A stretch of DNA of 64,000 nt from Oikopleura dioica (taxonomy: Eukaryota > Animalia > Chordata), in the NCBI GenBank assembly GCA_907165135.1, contig OU015567.1:14322001-14386000 (forward strand). Direction: 5' to 3'. Of this stretch, positions 59,068 through 64,000 are shown in pieces. The translations under genes were made by a program, and so were the position numbers. Each line of letters begins with the position of its first letter. Positions within the stretch are counted from its first letter, which is position 1. The notes below the pieces were generated by a model. It had not been told where the DNA came from, did not search any database, and worked only from the letters and a program-made list of their open reading frames with translations.

Positions 59068-59349
59068 TTAGCCACCGAGTCTGTAGACGATTCGTCCTTT
59101 TTGTTTCAGCGAAGTTAGAACATCCATGGGAGTGATCTTCTTACCCATCTTGTTCTCAAAGCACATTTCCAAAACGCCAAGAGATTCTTTGCAAATTAGA
59201 CCAGCTACTCGCTTGACTTTGTCATCTTTGAGTATCGAAGAGAGTGATCTTCCTTCAACCTGGGGTCGCTTTTTTACCAGTCGATAAATCTTAGAGCCTC
59301 CTTTGCTTGATCCCTTTTTCAAGTGTTTTTTCCTTGGTCTTCTACCCAT
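59068..59349 (-). CDS. Highly divergent histone H4-like protein (93 aa) with internal deletion
   Basis: VKRVAGLICKESLGVLEMCFEN and KKITPMDVLTSLKQKGRIVYRLGG align to H4 [22 protein letters not shown] and [24 protein letters not shown]; intronless; stem-loop present. Confidence 0.85.
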   Translation of the reverse strand: MGRRPRKKHLKKGSSKGGSKIYRLVKKRPQVEGRSLSSILKDDKVKRVAGLICKESLGVLEMCFENKMGKKITPMDVLTSLKQKGRIVYRLGG

Positions 59350-59399
59350 TTTTGTGGTTTTAAGAAAATCAAGTTTCAATCTTTGTTTTCCATCCCTAC

Positions 59400-59660
59400 T
59401 CTAGAAACAGCGCTTATTTTGAATTCTTTCAAGGAGTAAACAAGGGTGAGAAGAGATTTTCTCGGCGGGTTGTCTCCCTCACCGTCTTCCCCACTTGTTT
59501 TTTTCCACAATTGCTCTAGAAACAGTCAGCTACAGTTAATCCATCAGTTGCAGTAAACAACAATATGAAGCGACTCTATCGCTCTCTAGAACTGCTTGTT
59601 GTTTTGTCAAAATCGGGCAGCAGGGTTGTCTCCCTCACAGACTTCCCCTCGAAATATAAA
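59400..59660. promoter_or_regulatory. Bidirectional histone promoter region between H4-like and H4
   Basis: gggttgtctccctcac at 59467 and 59623; tctaga..tgcttgttgtt; TATA at 59655-59660; minus-strand ataagcgctgtttcta resembles the H2B promoter motif. Confidence 0.7.
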
Positions 59661-59711
59661 CAACAGCCTAAGCCACACTGGCCACACTTCACTCAAAGTC
59701 AAATTTAGTGA

Positions 59712-60026
<315 letters not shown>

Positions 60027-60057
60027 GTTCACTTGTCTTTCCTGTTAGCGAAAAACC

Positions 60058-60073
60058 GGCCCTTTTAAGGGCC
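60058..60073 (+). terminator. Histone 3' stem-loop (H4)
   Basis: ggccct-ttta-agggcc-acaaaaa. Confidence 0.95.
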
Positions 60074-60897
60074 ACAAAAAATGGAACCGAGATTATTTCT
60101 TACACTTGCTTTTTGATAAATTGGTACGAAATGTAATTTTAAATTTGCAAATTGCAATAACAATTCTAGAGCAACTAATTCGGCCTGGACATAACAAATG
60201 CTGCATTTGTCTTCTCTCGTTTTGTCGAAAAAACTGCAATTGATGGAAGGCTTGAGCAATAACTTATTGCTAATGCGGCTATCAATTTTAATTTGTTTAT
60301 TCTTTTGGAGCACTCTTTTGCATTAATTTGCGAGGCAGCCCGCGACGAGATAGATGAGGCAAGCTCTGCAGATGCGCGGCCGCGTCGGTTGCCCCGGATA
60401 AATCGGCTTTCGGCAACGCGGAGTAAGTCGAATCGCAGTGCAAAGTTGACAAGTGTCGACTCCATCTTCCTTGATTTACAGTAATTTGACAGCTTTCTGT
60501 AAATCTGCACTAACCTCTTCAAAGCCGATTTCTTCCAAAAAAGCAGAGTCTTTTTGCGGTTCATTCAGATTTTATCCATATTATACGTTTTTTGCTTTTT
60601 AGAAAAGAAATCTCAAAAATGAAGAATCAACTTTTCTAAGAAATGTCTCCGTAAAATTCTTACCGTATTTGGACTGTAGTTTAGTCTAGAAGGACGCTGT
60701 ATAAATCTTAAATTGCCAATAAAACTGACTATATTAAACCCTTAACTTCCTTTAACAGCTTATTAAACCTTCCATAGATATTAGAATATGTCTACTTTAG
60801 AATTAGAATTTCAGAAAAGCAGATCTTAGGATCTAATAGCTGTGAACTAGCCCTGTCTCCCCGGATAGCATTTCCATAATATCACCCTAAATGTTCA

Positions 60898-61128
60898 TTA
60901 GCCTGTTATCTCAAGCAACTCAGGTTCAACCTCAATAATATCAACCTCAGTCGTCAATTTTTCGATAATTTCAGTAGCAGGGTTCTCGTGTGTCATCACC
61001 ATTTCCATGAACTGCTTTCGGATCTCATCATTGAGGCCCTTGAAAATTCCTGTTACGACTGACTTTCAGGAAGATCCCTTTACCTTTGCGAATGCGAAAG
61101 AGATCAGGAAAACGGAAAAGAATCTCAT
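60898..61128 (-). CDS. Small signal-peptide ORF interrupted by one in-frame TGA (61066-61068)
   Basis: MRFFSVFLISFAFAKVKGSS*KSVVTGIFKGLNDEIRKQFMEMVMTHENPATEIIEKLTTEVDIIEVEPELLEITG-TAA. Confidence 0.4.
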
Positions 61129-62549
61129 TTTGTGAAATTGAGAAAGTTGATGCTTTTTTCTTCGTTAAAAAGGCATTTGGCAAGTTTCACAAGCTTTTTC
61201 GTCACTCAAATAGTGATGCTCCAGGAAAGAGGAATGACTATTATTGCACCCTGGCGGTACTTTAAGCAGCAAAATTGCGTTATTTTCGGCCATCAAAGCA
61301 GGATTAAAGACATGGACAAGAAATAATACCGTTGATTAAAACTGTCTGTAATCGCAGAATGCTTCAATAACAGTAGTTAATCAAGTATAACCCCCGCAGC
61401 CCCGCTTGAAAGATTGATTGTCTTTTTCGGGAATTTCCATATTCATAATCTGCCAAAAGTAGACACGGAACATGTTTATCCGATTCCACGTCCTGTTCGT
61501 TTGTCGTCAGGCGCGAAAAGAAGGAGCCACGGCGTCCATCCCTTTTGCTGCCAGTTGAGCGAACTAAGGCGCCATAGACGCGCAGTTCAGATCCTGAATC
61601 AATCCCACAGTTTGCGGATAAAAAGGATTCCAACACAGAGAAAGTTAATGGATAGAACTTGCGATGACAAATTGAAAATACAATGTGAGCTTAATATTTT
61701 TATATGCACAGTTACTTTGCATTTTTTATTCTCAAGGGGGTCGCAATTCTTTAGACTAAGGGTTCTTACGTCAAAATCTTGGGGTCCGGGGGGCGAAACC
61801 CCCTGGTTTAGGCCTTAGGTGGTAGGTTCCGGGGGCGTAGCCCCCTGGGTTAGGTTAAGGGTTAGGGGCAGCTCAAATGATAGCCCTCTACTATCATTTT
61901 ATTTAATTAGGTTTTTAGGCTACTACGTGGAGATTTGTTTCATCACAATTTCAATCGGAATCACTTTTGGAATCATTATTTGGCTCATGGCAAAAGTCAA
62001 GAACATACCAACGGAATGGATCCAAAAACATAGAAATATATTAAATATTTTAATAAAATTTAGTAAAAATAATAATTTAAAACATCCGCGCGTGAGTTTA
62101 ACGATGATGAAGACAAAGACGAGCTGAAGTTCTATGAAGAACTTTAATTTATTATTTTATTTTTTTGTTTACTGTAAGATGCACGAAAAACGTATTTAGT
62201 CCTTTGTCTTATACCTCATATATACTCGTGTGATTTTGTGGCTTCAGAATAGTTTGGATTCCAACTTGAGCAATCAAGGAAGCGAGATAACTTCGAAGAT
62301 TTCTTGTAAATCGCCAGCTGCGCAATGTGATTATCTGTAAATAAATAATTGGGTTATAAAACCAATAATCACTCACTCACCTTTCAATTAAATATTCAAA
62401 AGACGTTATTCGCGTAATAAATAGCGTAATGACCAAAGTTTATTTTTGCATAATTTCCGCAATATTTCAAGAACAAGATTGTTGGTTCTCATTTCCATTT
62501 TCATGTTCTGGTACTATGAATTGCTTCCAGATTTCTTATCCGTTCGTGT

Positions 62550-62695
62550 AGCGGGGCTATCGGTCGGGCACCCATAAATTACTGTTCGTTTGAACTCCTT
62601 TCTCGGTTAGGGGTTAGGGTTAGAACAGGGAGTACAGGGGTCAGGCTTAGGCTTAGGGCCCCTAAGTAAGGGGCTGCCCGACCGATAACGCCGTA
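62550..62695. mobile_element. MITE with internal TTAGGG-like repeats
   Basis: gctatcggtcgggca / tgcccgaccgataac TIR; internal ggttaggggttagggttag. Confidence 0.65.
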
Positions 62696-62712
62696 CAGTA
62701 TGGCCCGTACTA

Positions 62713-62872
62713 CAGTCAGGTCTTGCAATTACGCGGTTTTTATTTTCTGGATTTTCGCTAAAAAAACACGTTATTGCAAGCCCTAAAATGCACTAAATAG
62801 TGCAAATTGTGTATCGGATTTTCCCAAAAAAAAACGCGCAATTGCAGGTCGCGCAATTGCAAGACCAGACTG
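62713..62872. mobile_element. Tc1/mariner-type MITE with TA TSD
   Basis: TA|cagtcaggtcttgcaat ... attgcaagaccagactg|TA. Confidence 0.8.
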
Positions 62873-63329
62873 TACCCATCCATCAAATGGGCTTTGCAGA
62901 AATTCAAGGGCCAGTAGCATTTGACCTCCGAATGACCCTGCACATGAAAACTTTGCGCAAATATTTTTATTGGCAGTATTTGTTCTGCAGTTGTACTTCG
63001 ACATAATAGCAAAATTCTAGAACTAAGAACACAATCTTGAGCGGATAACAATTCCTTCTTCCGACAACCAGTTCATCATTTACTCCTTCAACTTATCGTA
63101 AAAAATTTTGAGTGCCAAAGATCGAGAACATTATGTAAGTCCACATATTCGGTTTACTGGTTCGTAAAAATTCAAGTCTCCAAATAAATATTCTTTTGAA
63201 TAAAAGATCCGCTAACATTGTAAACTTTTATGGCGTAGGCAGAAGTAATTCCAGTGCTCGAAGATCAGTATTTTTGAGAATTCAATCAGAGGTAAAGAAG
63301 ATCAGAGTTGCAAATTTTGCTATATTCTC

Positions 63330-63653
63330 GCTGAGCTGAGCTGAGTTGAGCTGCCCTTTTTTAGGTTGTTGAGCTGGAGCTGAGCTGGATGAGCTGAACT
63401 TAGCTGTTTTTTACTTTATTTTCAGTATTAGAATTTTGTTAAAATCATTGAACTGAGCTCAGCTGAGTGATACTTGCCTGAGCTGAGCTGAGCTGAGCAG
63501 AACTGATCATATTCGAAAATATTTGAGCTGAGCTGAGCTGAGTGATAATTGTCTGAGCTGAGCTGAGCAGATCAGATCATTTTCGAAAATGACTGCGATG
63601 AGCTGAGCTGAGCGACTGCTCAGCTCACTTAGCCAGCTCAGCTCACTCAGCTC
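63330..63653. repeat. Interrupted (GAGCT)n pentamer array, flipping orientation at the right end
   Basis: Clusters of gagctgagct separated by AT-rich spacers; related cagctc repeats at about 43250-43410. Confidence 0.8.
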
Positions 63654-64000
63654 AACAAATTTGCAACTCTGAGGAAGATTATAGAGGGTTTTTTTCATCT
63701 GATTTTTGAGCTTTTCATTAATGAACTATTATTATGGCCCGTAAATTATGATGAACAATAGAGAAAGTTTTTATTTGGAGAATCATAATGTCGGAACATC
63801 AAAAACTAGACAACACGAAAATGTACCATAAAACTCAAATATTTGACCCCCTAGTATTGCGGCACGGAAATTCTCATTCTCTAGCGAGGTCATTCAAACA
63901 ACACGGAAATTTTACGCAAACGAAAAGAGGGCGTCTTCAGGGCCGAGAACTTTCTTCACAGATCAATTGTTTATCAAACAATAAAGCTGAGTTTAGCACC

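Noticed and set aside
60065-60564. Possible RING gene (KCSICY) downstream of H4
   Set aside because: Could not assemble the remaining zinc ligands in any spliced frame.

Overview
Eukaryotic, gene-dense, AT-rich animal DNA with very short introns (about 40-50 nt), several needing GA/GC/GG donors, a lone Hox1 gene and stem-loop histone genes. This combination strongly suggests the larvacean tunicate Oikopleura (inferred, not database-checked). The supplied ORF track mostly shows exon fragments and antisense shadows, so genes were rebuilt by hand across introns. Genes found: a secreted protein with tandem GH9 domains lacking catalytic residues, a DEDDh exonuclease, Hox1, two coiled-coil/RING proteins, histone H1, an RS/SRI protein, an IRE1/RNase L-like (pseudo)kinase, a kinase-coiled coil-3xUBL fusion, a serpin plus its pseudogene, a single-LIM protein, a secreted Cys-rich/kelch protein, a kinase-papain-fold protease fusion, two small multi-TM paralogues, and an H2B variant/H4-like/H4 variant group. 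Dense MITEs and foldback elements fill the gaps. Best leads: (1) a stem-loop-bearing H4-like gene missing about 11 residues of helix alpha2, head-to-head with an H4 variant; (2) a kinase fused to a papain-like domain with Cys/His/Asn triad; (3) a kinase-3xUBL fusion hidden by a transposon-expanded intron; (4) a DNA transposon inside a GH9 exon that can splice out as a GT-AG intron; (5) a copy of the H2B promoter in front of a membrane-protein gene.
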